DNA of 52,515 bases from a virus (IMGVR_UViG_2724679237_000006:1-52515), one strand, 5' to 3'. Counted from the stretch's first letter, positions 35,606-45,117 are shown. Notes: a model not told the origin generated them from the letters alone. Numbers and translations are program-made.

Positions 35606-35837
35606 TAAATATTGCTCCAAAATCAGGTTCATCATCTTTTCGCGTCGTCACCTCCTGTAAATTGCGAAATTTTATTGGGTTCATGAAATGGCCCCAGGTT
35701 GTTTTTGGGTGTCCGTCAGCCCTTTCCATGAAGAAAATTCCAGCCCGGCGAAGAGCCTCACATTGCTTTGATTTAAGTGGGCTTCCCGTCAGCTCGACCA
35801 TTTCTTCTCTGGTGATTATGTCGTGATCGCTTTTCAT
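35574..35837 (-). CDS. Excisionase-like / small DNA-binding protein
   Basis: 87-aa ORF immediately upstream of and overlapping int; ITREEMVELTGSPLKSKQCEALRRAG is HTH-like. Confidence 0.4.
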   Translation of the reverse strand: MKSDHDIITREEMVELTGSPLKSKQCEALRRAGIFFMERADGHPKTTWGHFMNPIKFRNLQEVTTRKDDEPDFGAIFNGRKEKEPSR

Positions 35838-36027
35838 GGTCTTTCCTCATTATGTAGCTTATTGCGTCATCTGCCTTCTGGCAGGCACGGGCAATATCAG
35901 ACTCGGTCAAAGTCTGTTTCCTGACGCTGGCCGACAGTCGACCAATTTTGATATCAAATGCGGAGAGCAGAGTTGCTCCCGGTTGCCATCGCAGCATTGT
36001 GATCCTCCGGTGTCTGGTGAATCGCAA
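35773..36027 (-). CDS. Hypothetical protein
   Basis: 84-aa ORF. Confidence 0.3.
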   Translation of the reverse strand: MRFTRHRRITMLRWQPGATLLSAFDIKIGRLSASVRKQTLTESDIARACQKADDAISYIMRKDHEKRSRHNHQRRNGRADGKPT

Positions 36028-36046
36028 TGCTAGCGATGGTGAGTTT

Positions 36047-36229
36047 TTATTTCTGATTAGGCGTAATCAGTTCTTGTGGGGTGAATGCCGATTTCTCCCG
36101 AGTGACCTTAATGTTTTCTGGCAGGTGTAGCCCAAGTTCGCAGCGGCTCCGTGCTTCAATAATGCCATTGGTACCATCGGCAAGTACCAGGTGAACCGCG
36201 TCACCACGCTTTAATGTGAGTTTAAGCAT
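36047..36229 (-). CDS. Hypothetical protein
   Basis: 60-aa ORF. Confidence 0.3.
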   Translation of the reverse strand: MLKLTLKRGDAVHLVLADGTNGIIEARSRCELGLHLPENIKVTREKSAFTPQELITPNQK

Positions 36230-36798
36230 TAGCGTATCCTCAGTGACCGTTCGCCGCGTTCCATATGTGCGCCTGGTACCGGGTTTAATAACTCGGCTGG
36301 TGGTGTTTCTCCACGCGCCAGTATTTCGGCGGCAACCGCCTCCGCAGATTCAATCACTTCTTTAATGGCTCGCTTGTTTGGTGTAATAACCGTTTCTACA
36401 TCAACAAGTGACACACCCTCATACTCGTCCGGGATCTTATCTTTGTTATCAATAATTACCCGGATAGCCCCCTGTGCATCAGTAAATGTGTTTTTTGCGG
36501 TTTTCAGTTTATCCAGGCCAGCAGCTTGCAGGCAGGCGAGCATATGCTTTCGAATTGCTTTTTCCTTGCCTTCAAAGGACGTCTTACGGGTAGCCAGGCG
36601 AGACATTTCTTCAGCGCAGGTATTGGCATTGCCCTGTAAATTGCGGCAGATGACCATCATGACGTCCAGTTTGTCTCCCAGTTCTCCTTCCATACCTTCA
36701 AGCGTGTCGGCGATCATCTCTGGCGTCAGTTCGTCGGAGGTTTCCAGCAGGTCAATCAGGCTGACATATTCTTTTGCAATAGCGATAGCGGTGCTCAT
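36229..36798 (-). CDS. Gp157-like recombination-associated protein
   Basis: 189 aa acidic protein directly downstream of the SSAP gene; pattern resembles the Sipho_Gp157 family, from memory. Confidence 0.45.
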   Translation of the reverse strand: MSTAIAIAKEYVSLIDLLETSDELTPEMIADTLEGMEGELGDKLDVMMVICRNLQGNANTCAEEMSRLATRKTSFEGKEKAIRKHMLACLQAAGLDKLKTAKNTFTDAQGAIRVIIDNKDKIPDEYEGVSLVDVETVITPNKRAIKEVIESAEAVAAEILARGETPPAELLNPVPGAHMERGERSLRIR

Positions 36799-38507
36799 GC
36801 GGTTTGCTCCTGTGCAGCGGTGAGGGCGGCGAGGCGTTCAGTTTTGATGTCGGTGATACGGCGCAGGCGCGATCCCAGATACGATGAATATTCTTTATCG
36901 CCTTTGGCTTCTGCTGCTTTTCGGTGTACATCAACTTCGCGGGCGATGAGGCCAAATACCTTGTTTACTTCGTTGGTGGTTACCGCGGCGGCCAGCGTAT
37001 TGGCAACGTTGATCAGCTTCTCATCCAGTTCCTTACGAAGACGGGTAGCATCTTCCGCATTCTCGCTGGCATTCTTGATATCAAACTCAGCTTTATTCCT
37101 CTGGCGGTATTCCGGATTGTCGTACAGGCCCATGAAAATATCGGCGCTGAATCCGAGAGGGGATAGCGCTTTCTTAACAGCATCCGTCCAGGATTTCTTC
37201 GGCGCTTCGCCGTCGCTTGTTGGTCCATGTTTAGTATCGTAGATGTACGGAGTGCAACCGTAAGCCGCAGACTCGCCGCGCACCCCATTCAATATGTACC
37301 AGACTCTCACTTTCATGGTGTGGTGTATTTCACATAGGTACCCGCCAACACCGTCTTGAATCAGATCCCATTCTATTTTTTCACCAACCTGTTTTTTGCG
37401 AACTATCGGTGCGCCTTTATCAAAACGCTCTTCCAGCACCTCTACACCCCAGCCAATACCAAACGGCCCAAATTCGCGAGTCGCTTTCATCGCTATATAA
37501 GTGCCGTTGATGGATGTGCCGCCGCCATTCTGAGAGAAAGCACTGGTGAAGCGCTCATCGGTTTTGAATACGTTCTTCCACAATGCCAGGTTATCCGTGT
37601 CATCTGAGTCCTTTAACTCCGTTTCGATAGCTGAGATTGCATTCTGCCGCTTGTGCTCTTCGGTATGGATCCGCTCAACCAGCGCGTCAACGTTCTGCAC
37701 CAGATCCTTTACCTGCTCGCTAAGTTGTTCTTGTGGAGGAGTCTCTTCTGCCGGGGTAATAGCTGCAGGTTCCCTCTGTGATACGGCGTTATTTTCAGGT
37801 ACGTAATACACATGGCGAGGCGTGACAAACTGCTCACGCAACTGCTGCAAACTACGTTCTCCAGCATTCGCTGCTTCGCTTTTTTCGCCCTGATTTGAGG
37901 GTGTTTCTGACATCATCCCATCAATTGAGAATCGTCCGCCGCCGTGGTTGGTGACTTTTACATCATCCTTTGGTGCTGATTCCTTTGGCTTCTCTTCAAC
38001 AGCATTTGCATCACGCTGCCCGTTAGCTTGCAGCCAGTTGTCGATGTGACTGCGCAGGGATTGTGGGAAGTGGTACGTGTCTTTTGCGGGGGCGCTCTGA
38101 ATAACACCGAATACTGATGCGCGGTCATAGGCAAGGATCTGATCCGTTGTGCGCAAGGCCATTGACCAGCGTTTAAAATCTTCCCTGTCCTGACTGATTA
38201 TTTCGTCTGCCGCTTTCAGGATGCTGGGGGTGATTTTTTCCGGGACAACAGGTAACAGGGCGCAGGCAATTTCACGATCCAGTGTGGCGTGAGTCTGTTG
38301 GTAAGGACGTGCGGATGCTGTTTCTGGTTTTACCTCCGGCAGCATTTCATCGCGTTTACCGGGATTCTCTACCCATTTTTTTATAAATTTGGAGATAGTC
38401 CAACTGGTCGGGTTTTGTTCCTGGGTATCGCAACTTGCCAAAATTGCATGTACCAGATTATTCAATCCAGCAATATGCATGTACTCGATGGGCTTACACG
38501 CCACCAT
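36795..38507 (-). CDS. Rad52/Sak-like single-strand annealing protein domain within a long ORF
   Basis: 570-aa ORF; the C-terminal half (GTYIAMKATREFGPFGIGWGVEV...YGCTPY) resembles Sak/Rad52-family SSAPs; the N-terminal half is unassigned. Confidence 0.45.
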   Translation of the reverse strand: MVACKPIEYMHIAGLNNLVHAILASCDTQEQNPTSWTISKFIKKWVENPGKRDEMLPEVKPETASARPYQQTHATLDREIACALLPVVPEKITPSILKAADEIISQDREDFKRWSMALRTTDQILAYDRASVFGVIQSAPAKDTYHFPQSLRSHIDNWLQANGQRDANAVEEKPKESAPKDDVKVTNHGGGRFSIDGMMSETPSNQGEKSEAANAGERSLQQLREQFVTPRHVYYVPENNAVSQREPAAITPAEETPPQEQLSEQVKDLVQNVDALVERIHTEEHKRQNAISAIETELKDSDDTDNLALWKNVFKTDERFTSAFSQNGGGTSINGTYIAMKATREFGPFGIGWGVEVLEERFDKGAPIVRKKQVGEKIEWDLIQDGVGGYLCEIHHTMKVRVWYILNGVRGESAAYGCTPYIYDTKHGPTSDGEAPKKSWTDAVKKALSPLGFSADIFMGLYDNPEYRQRNKAEFDIKNASENAEDATRLRKELDEKLINVANTLAAAVTTNEVNKVFGLIAREVDVHRKAAEAKGDKEYSSYLGSRLRRITDIKTERLAALTAAQEQTA

Positions 38508-39007
38508 GGCATCAAGAACGATGCGGTTAAACGCGTCAACCTCTCCTCACTGTCAGTATCACTGTTGTCGAGCATCTCCAGGTATTCACGCGTCTGCGCA
38601 AGCAATTCACTGTCGACTTCGTTGGCGTCGTGGCTGAACAGCAGAACGGCGGCGAATCGTTCACGAGCCGGCAGTTTCATCAGGTCGTTAACTTGTGCGA
38701 TATCTGCTGAACCGCTATCTACAACGGGGGTGTTAACTACCCATTTTTCGCCATCAAAACTGTGTTCTGTGGCGAACGTCTCATCAAACTCACCAACGCC
38801 TGGGCGCGGTTGGCCCGGGGCATCTTCCCAGATTTTAGGTTTGAAATAGTTGTCGCCGTGGTCAGGGTAGGCTTCCCACAATTTGCCGATGATGATGTTC
38901 TCGGCAACTTTTTTGTTAGGGGCGTCGATGGCGATGGCCAGCGCCGGGATCGCGCCGTTTTTGAGCGCGCCTTTTTTCGCTTCTAACAAGCCGTTAAAAA
39001 TGGTCAT
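38462..39007 (-). CDS. Hypothetical protein (possibly the N-terminal part of the downstream gene)
   Basis: 181-aa ORF overlapping the next ORF by 46 nt in another frame. Confidence 0.35.
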   Translation of the reverse strand: MTIFNGLLEAKKGALKNGAIPALAIAIDAPNKKVAENIIIGKLWEAYPDHGDNYFKPKIWEDAPGQPRPGVGEFDETFATEHSFDGEKWVVNTPVVDSGSADIAQVNDLMKLPARERFAAVLLFSHDANEVDSELLAQTREYLEMLDNSDTDSEERLTRLTASFLMPWWRVSPSSTCILLD

Positions 39008-39037
39008 TGGTCTTTCCTCATTACAGGTCAGTGGTCT

Positions 39038-39358
39038 TTAGTAGGGGATTTCATCAGTATCTGGCGTGTATTCGATGCAAAGTAACTGCTGGATTTTGTC
39101 ATCGATAGCAGCAATACGCTGTTGGGCGTCGGCGACTGTTTTCTGTTTTTGTTCACGCAGTTGCTCGACCTGTAAACCGATGATGTCGATTGGCTGGGGC
39201 TGGTTGACGGTAATTTCAATTTCGCGGCTTTCCAGAAGGATGTACCTGTCTGGAAAATTTTTTGACATATCAACAGTCGCAACAAGCAGCTTTTCGTGGC
39301 TGAAAGTTGAAGTTGCATAATGAATAAAGAGTGTTACTGGGATGGTGCGCGCTTCCAT
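39038..39358 (-). CDS. Hypothetical protein
   Basis: 106-aa ORF. Confidence 0.3.
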   Translation of the reverse strand: MEARTIPVTLFIHYATSTFSHEKLLVATVDMSKNFPDRYILLESREIEITVNQPQPIDIIGLQVEQLREQKQKTVADAQQRIAAIDDKIQQLLCIEYTPDTDEIPY

Positions 39359-39505
39359 AGCGACTCCTTGGTAATGTATACTCAGAGCCGATCAGCGAAT
39401 ATTGATCAGCTTCCATAGCGTCAGTGTCGTTGGTCTTTCCTCATCACAAGTTTGGTCACTTGTGATAAATCCGAATGGTTTGGTCGCCGTTCGGGGTAAC
39501 TGGCC

Positions 39506-39530
39506 CGCCTTGTGCGGGTCTTTTGCTATC
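39506..39530 (+). terminator. Orphan plus-strand terminator-like hairpin
   Basis: cccgc-cttgt-gcggg followed by tcttttgct, with no plus-strand ORF upstream. Confidence 0.4.
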
Positions 39531-40204
39531 TAAAGGGTGCCGGTTACGTTTCCGGCGTCGTCATGTTTCCATCACGACCGTACAGGGCTGGTCTTTCCTG
39601 TTTTGAGCTGGTCAGGCTCATGGTCAACGCTGGTCAGGCGTGGTACTTCCTCCGGTCTTTCCCTGGTGTCACGCTGCGGGTTTGGCCTCTCCTGTTGGGG
39701 ACTCAGGCACAGCGATAAAACCTGGCTGTGTGAAAAAATGGCCCATCGTGCGGACTGGGCAAAGACTAAACACAGCAAATTGATGATGGGCGCCCGGAAT
39801 CGAACCGGGTAACGGGCAGGGAGTTCCCGTTAAACACCTGTTCACCACAACCGGGAGCGCACTCCGCCATTTCAAAATTTAACGACAAAGCTCAAAGTTG
39901 AGTCGATGAAGTGCGCTCTCGTGTTGTAGCCAGGACTCTTCCCTGGTGGTCACACCGTATCGCCTTGATGGTGAATCAATCGCTCATACCTGGCTGTGGC
40001 TTGCACATTCCGGCTACCTGCTATGGAGACAACGCGTTAAGGCTCCGCTTCCATCCAGACCGCTTCGACACATGTGCCATATGCCGGTGAAGTCTTTCCC
40101 TCTGTCATCGTGCTGTCGGCGACCCGAAGAATTAAGTTCCGGGATTTTTCAACACGCCCGGTCGTGCTACCTTTAATGCCCACACAACAAAAAAGGATTT
40201 TCTT

Positions 40205-40438
40205 ATGTCAGAGCTTGAACAACTTAAAGATGAACTGGCTTTACTTAAAAAGGAGCTAAAGTCTCACCAGGTAATACTGTCTGCGTTGGTTGGTCGTATG
40301 AGCTACGAGGAGAAATCCGACCTATCAAAGCATGTTGCAAAAGCGAAATCAGAGCTTTATCCGGGTGATGATTTCAGCCTGGGAATATTCAATAAGTTGC
40401 TTCTAGTAACTGATTACAAACCGATTCCCAGAAAGTAG
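40205..40438 (+). CDS. Small coiled-coil protein (hypothetical)
   Basis: 77-aa ORF (ELEQLKDELALLKKELK). Confidence 0.3.
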   Translation: MSELEQLKDELALLKKELKSHQVILSALVGRMSYEEKSDLSKHVAKAKSELYPGDDFSLGIFNKLLLVTDYKPIPRK

Positions 40439-40613
40439 CCTCATCCATTTGCGCGCCATCAAACTTATCGATGGCGCCACTTAATATCGCAAGAACATCA
40501 CCTGCATCCTTAGCGTTGAGTTCACCCGAGATCTTGCGAAGATTCTCGACCAAGGCCAAAGCTACTGGACCAACGGCACTTCCTGCCGCAATTGAAACCT
40601 TACGAAGTTCCAT
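40389..40613 (-). CDS. Hypothetical protein
   Basis: 74-aa ORF downstream of the repressor gene. Confidence 0.3.
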   Translation of the reverse strand: MELRKVSIAAGSAVGPVALALVENLRKISGELNAKDAGDVLAILSGAIDKFDGAQMDEATFWESVCNQLLEATY

Positions 40614-40764
40614 CTCTTCTCCTTTCCCTTAACGCCGGGTAGCGGAACGTGTTTCTGAACAACTGCCGCTGGGTAAGCGTTGTTGATGGAATGAATATAA
40701 CTAAAGGTAATTTTATGTGCAAGGTGTTTTATAACAAAAGTTAGTATTTGGGGTAAAAATAAAG

Positions 40765-40800
40765 GCAATGCATTGAAAACATTGCCTTTATTTTATTTTT
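40765..40800. terminator. Bidirectional terminator at the 3' end of the repressor gene
   Basis: Stem aaggcaatg / cattgcctt followed by tattttattttttgg; A/T runs on both sides. Confidence 0.65.
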
Positions 40801-41206
40801 TGGTGGGGGTTAGTTTCTTTCTGGTAACCAGTAACTCTTCAAATAAACGATTAAAGTTTTCAACTTTATCTTCTAATTCAATTAGTTGCTTTTCTTTTTC
40901 TGACTCGGGTAATGAATCAAATAACTCTAACAATCTTTTTTGACGTGAATCCAGCTCTGTTGGTAATTCGTCTACCGGAGTTGGCGCCTGGTCTTCGTCA
41001 CCAAAAAGCAGCCATGTGGCAGAACACTTAAGTGCATTGGCCAAAGCCAGCAAGTTCTGACCCTTTGGTTCATTTTGTCCGCTTTCCCATTTAAAAACGC
41101 TCACACTCGATCTTCCAACCATATCAGCAAGCTGTTGTTGGGTTAGACCAAGCTGTTTGCGTCTTTGAGATAAACGGTCGCTAAGCATCAAATTCTTCAT
41201 CCTCAT
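40793..41206 (-). CDS. CI-like repressor, XRE-family HTH (no S24 peptidase domain)
   Basis: 137 aa; LTQQQLADMVGRSSVSVFKWESGQNEP HTH; divergent from a Cro-like gene. Confidence 0.75.
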   Translation of the reverse strand: MRMKNLMLSDRLSQRRKQLGLTQQQLADMVGRSSVSVFKWESGQNEPKGQNLLALANALKCSATWLLFGDEDQAPTPVDELPTELDSRQKRLLELFDSLPESEKEKQLIELEDKVENFNRLFEELLVTRKKLTPTKK

Positions 41207-41219
41207 AATATAAGTTAAC

Positions 41220-41248
41220 TTGACATAACTTTCGTTAGTATTTATGTT
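41220..41248 (+). promoter_or_regulatory. Candidate sigma70 promoter for the cro-like gene, with operator dyads
   Basis: TTGACA (41220-41225), 17-bp spacer, TATGTT (41243-41248). Palindrome AAGTTAACTT overlaps the -35; GTTAG-N11-CTAAC dyad overlaps the -10. Confidence 0.5.
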
Positions 41249-41274
41249 GCTAACAAAAGTTACGTGGAGGGATT

Positions 41275-41472
41275 ATGAAAACAGAGACGGTTATTAGTTT
41301 TTTTGGTTCAAAGACAGCCACAGCCAAGGTGTTGGGTATATCTCAAGTGGCGGTTACTCGTTGGGGGGCAACAGTTCCTGAAAAGCGAGCTGCTCGACTC
41401 GACCATATCACTAACGGAGCACTGAAATATGACCCGACTTTTTACGATGTTCCAAAACATGAAAAAGCTTAG
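41275..41472 (+). CDS. Cro-like HTH protein (YdaS-like)
   Basis: 65 aa; KTATAKVLGISQVAVTRW HTH; first gene of the rightward operon. Confidence 0.65.
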   Translation: MKTETVISFFGSKTATAKVLGISQVAVTRWGATVPEKRAARLDHITNGALKYDPTFYDVPKHEKA

Positions 41473-41531
41473 CAAAGGGCGGCTTATTACATCTGATTAA
41501 GCGTAATCAATTTTTAGCGACAGGAGACGCT

Positions 41532-42008
41532 ATGGAAAACCCAGAGGAATTACAAAAAGAGATTTTGACCTGGGCGGCAAGGGCAGGGCAGGAACTCGTC
41601 ACGATTGAAATCTGCCGGACCTGGTTCAGACAGGGACGCAATGATGAGTTGAAACTACATGAATTTGAGGATGCGGACGGCAACGTGGACTGGAGAGCCA
41701 TCAACAACAATCGGCAGAAAATTTTTCGCTGGTTACGTGGCGAAACAACGGCGGCGCGCCGAAAAACTCAGGTGCTGGCCAGTGTGATGAAAGCCGTGCT
41801 ACCAGCAGAACGGCGGGCACGTCTGGAGTCGCCGGGCGATCCCGTTTTGCTGGCAACGCTGGCGGCAAAAGAAGGGGTGGAAGCGATTAACGCTGTACAT
41901 CTCCACTTCGCGCCAGAGTTAACTATTCAGGAAATTGACGAAGCAATAGCGGCGCTGGTAGCGACGCGAGGAGCAGTGATACGCACTGCGCAAGACCACC
42001 ATGCATGA
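41532..42008 (+). CDS. YdaT-like protein (CII-position regulator/toxin family)
   Basis: 158 aa following the Cro-like gene; FRWLRGETT...RK.Q.L pattern resembles Rac prophage YdaT from memory. Confidence 0.45.
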   Translation: MENPEELQKEILTWAARAGQELVTIEICRTWFRQGRNDELKLHEFEDADGNVDWRAINNNRQKIFRWLRGETTAARRKTQVLASVMKAVLPAERRARLESPGDPVLLATLAAKEGVEAINAVHLHFAPELTIQEIDEAIAALVATRGAVIRTAQDHHA

Positions 42009-42047
42009 GCGCCTGACCAGCGTTTAACTTATACCGAGGAAAGACCG

Positions 42048-42272
42048 ATGTTAAGACATATTGACCGCATTACCTGGCGTAACGGCTGGCACCTGAATGG
42101 GCGCCCGGCACATGTTGCAGAGATCCGCCCCATATTCGATGGCCGCGTCGCAGCTGCACGTTCTGTGTGGGAAAAGTACGAAGAAGAAAAAGCGAAACTG
42201 CGTGAGCAAAATCTCTCTGGCGCTGCCTATGAGGCTGGCTGTCGCGTTCTCTCAGAGGCTTTGGGCATATGA
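42048..42272 (+). CDS. Hypothetical protein
   Basis: 74-aa ORF. Confidence 0.3.
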   Translation: MLRHIDRITWRNGWHLNGRPAHVAEIRPIFDGRVAAARSVWEKYEEEKAKLREQNLSGAAYEAGCRVLSEALGI

Positions 42273-43279
42273 ACATCCTCCCGTTACTTGATAGACCCAT
42301 AGCCTTCCAGAGAAGTTTTATCCGTCTTGAAATGGGCGTGACTGCCGCATTGTTTCTGTCGCAGTTGACGTACTGGACAAACAGAACAACTGACGACGGC
42401 TGGGTATATAAAACCCAGGATGAGTGGGAAGAGGAAACAGGGCTTTCACGATACGAGCAGGAGGGCGCGCGCAAAAAACTACGTGGTCTCGGCGTCTTGC
42501 TGGAACGTAAACAGGGCTTGCCTGCCAGGCTGTACTACAAAATCGATAATGATGTGTTGTGCCAGCTACTTACGTCCGCACACAAGGATGCGGAAAAACC
42601 ACATACAGGTGAGGGGAAAACCACCAGGCCTGTACGTGGAAAACCAACAAACATTCTTACAGAGAATACAACAGAGAATACTACAGAGATTATAGATCCC
42701 CCTAACCCCCAGGGGGGAGACGGCGACGAGACCATTCTCGCTGATGCTCAAAAAGCACTGGCTAGTTACAACGAGCAAACCAACACGCGTTGTCGCGACG
42801 TTAAACCGTTCGTTACGCTGCTGACTCCGACAAAAACGCGAACCGGTTATACCGTCGCGGAAATCGAACTGGTGATCCGCTGGGTGTTGGCAACGTGGCA
42901 CCGTCGTAGCGGTAGTATGCCCAAAATCGCAAATATTTGCCGTGTAGGACGCTTTGATGGCTACTTGGCTGACGCTGAGGTCTGGGCTGTCGCTGAGGCT
43001 GCTGTAGACCCCTCTGAGGTCGTTAACGGCTACAACGAGATTTTCGCTGATTTACTGCCTGAGGCTGAAATCGACACAGACCGCCGCCGGGCGATCATGA
43101 AACTACTGGCACACATGCGGTCGCAAACTCTCGGGGCGTTCCTGGGGTATTTCGAAAAATTCCGTGATACCGCACCTGAATTTTATTTCGGTGGTGAGGA
43201 TCGCGACGGCTGGCGGGCAGGGTTTGATTACCTGATGAAACCGGAAACGCTGCGTAAAACCAGGGAGGGGGCATTATGA
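42269..43279 (+). CDS. Replication initiation / replisome organiser protein (O-like)
   Basis: 336 aa immediately upstream of, and overlapping, the DnaB-like helicase gene; family assignment is by context. Confidence 0.5.
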   Translation: MNILPLLDRPIAFQRSFIRLEMGVTAALFLSQLTYWTNRTTDDGWVYKTQDEWEEETGLSRYEQEGARKKLRGLGVLLERKQGLPARLYYKIDNDVLCQLLTSAHKDAEKPHTGEGKTTRPVRGKPTNILTENTTENTTEIIDPPNPQGGDGDETILADAQKALASYNEQTNTRCRDVKPFVTLLTPTKTRTGYTVAEIELVIRWVLATWHRRSGSMPKIANICRVGRFDGYLADAEVWAVAEAAVDPSEVVNGYNEIFADLLPEAEIDTDRRRAIMKLLAHMRSQTLGAFLGYFEKFRDTAPEFYFGGEDRDGWRAGFDYLMKPETLRKTREGAL

Positions 43280-44667
43280 ATCCGGAAGAACTGGAAGCGA
43301 TCGTTCTCGCTGGTCTGATTAACGGTGGCGCGACGCCTGACGCGTTTGATGTGATTGCCACCACTCCGGAGGAAGCTTTCAGCATTGTGTTTCACCGCCG
43401 CGCTTTCAGCGAAATCAAAAAGCAGGCACTGGCGAACGGCATGATCGACATGTTGTTTATCAGCGAAGCGCTGGGCGGTTCCAGCCTTGCGGATCTGTCT
43501 CAAATATCCCGGATCCCGGCAACGGTACCGAATCTGAAAGGCTATGCCGGGAAAATGGTGCGGGCATGGCGGAGCCGCAAAATGGCGGCATTGTTGCAAT
43601 CTGGCGCGGATGGTATCCGTAACGCTGTAAACCAGAGTCAGCGTGATGAGGTTATTGAATCTCATGTTGCTCAGGTGCTGGATATGAGCGCCGCTACCGG
43701 CACAGTCCAGCCGGTACACATCAAAGAGCTGTTACCGCTCTACATTGACACCGTTGATAAACGGATGTCTGGCGACGCGCAGGAAATGATGCTGAAAACC
43801 GGAGTCGAGGATCTGGATGTCGCCCTGGGCGGTATCAACATGACCGACCTTGTTGTGGTTGCCGGTCGTCCAGGCATGGGGAAAACGGAATTTACCCTGA
43901 AGATTATCGATGGCGTTACCGCAGATGGCGGCGGCGCACTGTTTTTCAGCATGGAAATGGGCGCTCAGCAGATTGTTGAACGTACCGTTGCCGGGGCTGG
44001 GAATATGTCCACGTCGCGTCTGCGTAATCCAAAAGAAATGGACGATGAGGATTTGACCAGATTAACCGCCGCGCTTGCAATCATGCAGGATCGCGATATC
44101 TGGATTGTTGATGCCACTGATTTGACGATTGAGCAGATCCGCGCCATTGCAGAGACTCATAAACGCCGTTATCCGCACCTGAAGTTGATTGGTGTTGATT
44201 ACATGGGCCTGATCAAAAAACCGAAGGCCGAGCGCCACGATCTCGCTGTCGGGCATATCTCCCGCAACATGAAGACTATGGCCATGCGTCTGCATACCCC
44301 TGTTTTTGCTCTTAGCCAGCTTTCCCGCCAGGTGGATTCTCGACCTGCTGGCCAGCGTCGCCCGGTGATGTCGGACCTGCGCGATTCCGGCAGTGTTGAG
44401 CAGGACGCTGACAGCATTTTGTTTTTGTACCGCGATGAAGTTTACACACCTGATTCACCTGCAAAGGGTATCGCCGAGGTGATTATCGGTAAAAACCGTT
44501 CTGGCGGGGCAGGTGAAATTATTTATCAGGAATTCCGGAATGGGCATTTCCTGCCAATTGATCAACACGTAGCACGCGAAAAATTACGCATCCAGAAGGA
44601 GGCAGAGCAACCGAGAAAACGTGAAAAACGGTATTCAAACAAAAACTTTAATACGGACCCCTTTTAA
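43276..44667 (+). CDS. Replicative DNA helicase (DnaB family)
   Basis: 463 aa; Walker A GRPGMGKTEF, RecA-like C-terminal domain (SQLSRQVDSR, DLRDSGSVEQDADSILFLYRDE). Confidence 0.85.
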   Translation: MNPEELEAIVLAGLINGGATPDAFDVIATTPEEAFSIVFHRRAFSEIKKQALANGMIDMLFISEALGGSSLADLSQISRIPATVPNLKGYAGKMVRAWRSRKMAALLQSGADGIRNAVNQSQRDEVIESHVAQVLDMSAATGTVQPVHIKELLPLYIDTVDKRMSGDAQEMMLKTGVEDLDVALGGINMTDLVVVAGRPGMGKTEFTLKIIDGVTADGGGALFFSMEMGAQQIVERTVAGAGNMSTSRLRNPKEMDDEDLTRLTAALAIMQDRDIWIVDATDLTIEQIRAIAETHKRRYPHLKLIGVDYMGLIKKPKAERHDLAVGHISRNMKTMAMRLHTPVFALSQLSRQVDSRPAGQRRPVMSDLRDSGSVEQDADSILFLYRDEVYTPDSPAKGIAEVIIGKNRSGGAGEIIYQEFRNGHFLPIDQHVAREKLRIQKEAEQPRKREKRYSNKNFNTDPF

Positions 44668-44705
44668 CCACGCCTGACCAGCGTGAAATAACCGAGGAAA
44701 GACCA

Positions 44706-45116
44706 ATGACCACTACTTCAGGCAAATTAGAGTACCCGTCGGACAAAGGACACATAGACGACGGTAAAAACTATCTCGACGTCATTTTGTGGAATATGAA
44801 CGCCGGGCCACGTGCGCGCACTCGTGCGGTTTTTGTACCAAGACCCAAAGCAGGCAATTTTTCAACACCAGCTCAGCCTGCCCGTCAGGCATCCGTAGCC
44901 GCAGCGCCAGCAGTGAAATGTAAGGGTAAAACGCACATCGGGATCGCGATTCGCAGAAATGGTGAGCGGCAAGTGAAACTCCACGAAACAGCGACAACCT
45001 GGTGTGCTTCACCGCATGAAACTTACGACAAGATAACCGGGCAGCGCATTGGTGCGCCTGGTCGCTGTCGCCTGCTGTTGAGCTCCATCACTCCGATAGA
45101 AAAGAAAGGGGCGTGA
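44706..45116 (+). CDS. Hypothetical protein
   Basis: 136-aa ORF. Confidence 0.35.
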   Translation: MTTTSGKLEYPSDKGHIDDGKNYLDVILWNMNAGPRARTRAVFVPRPKAGNFSTPAQPARQASVAAAPAVKCKGKTHIGIAIRRNGERQVKLHETATTWCASPHETYDKITGQRIGAPGRCRLLLSSITPIEKKGA

Positions 45117-45117
45117 T

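Noticed and set aside
39785-39870. Functional tRNA on the minus strand
   Set aside because: A T-arm-like GGTTCGATTCC with flanking stems is present, but the acceptor stem pairs at only about 5 of 7 positions, and there is no canonical D arm or 7-nt anticodon loop. Kept only as a tRNA-like element in findings.
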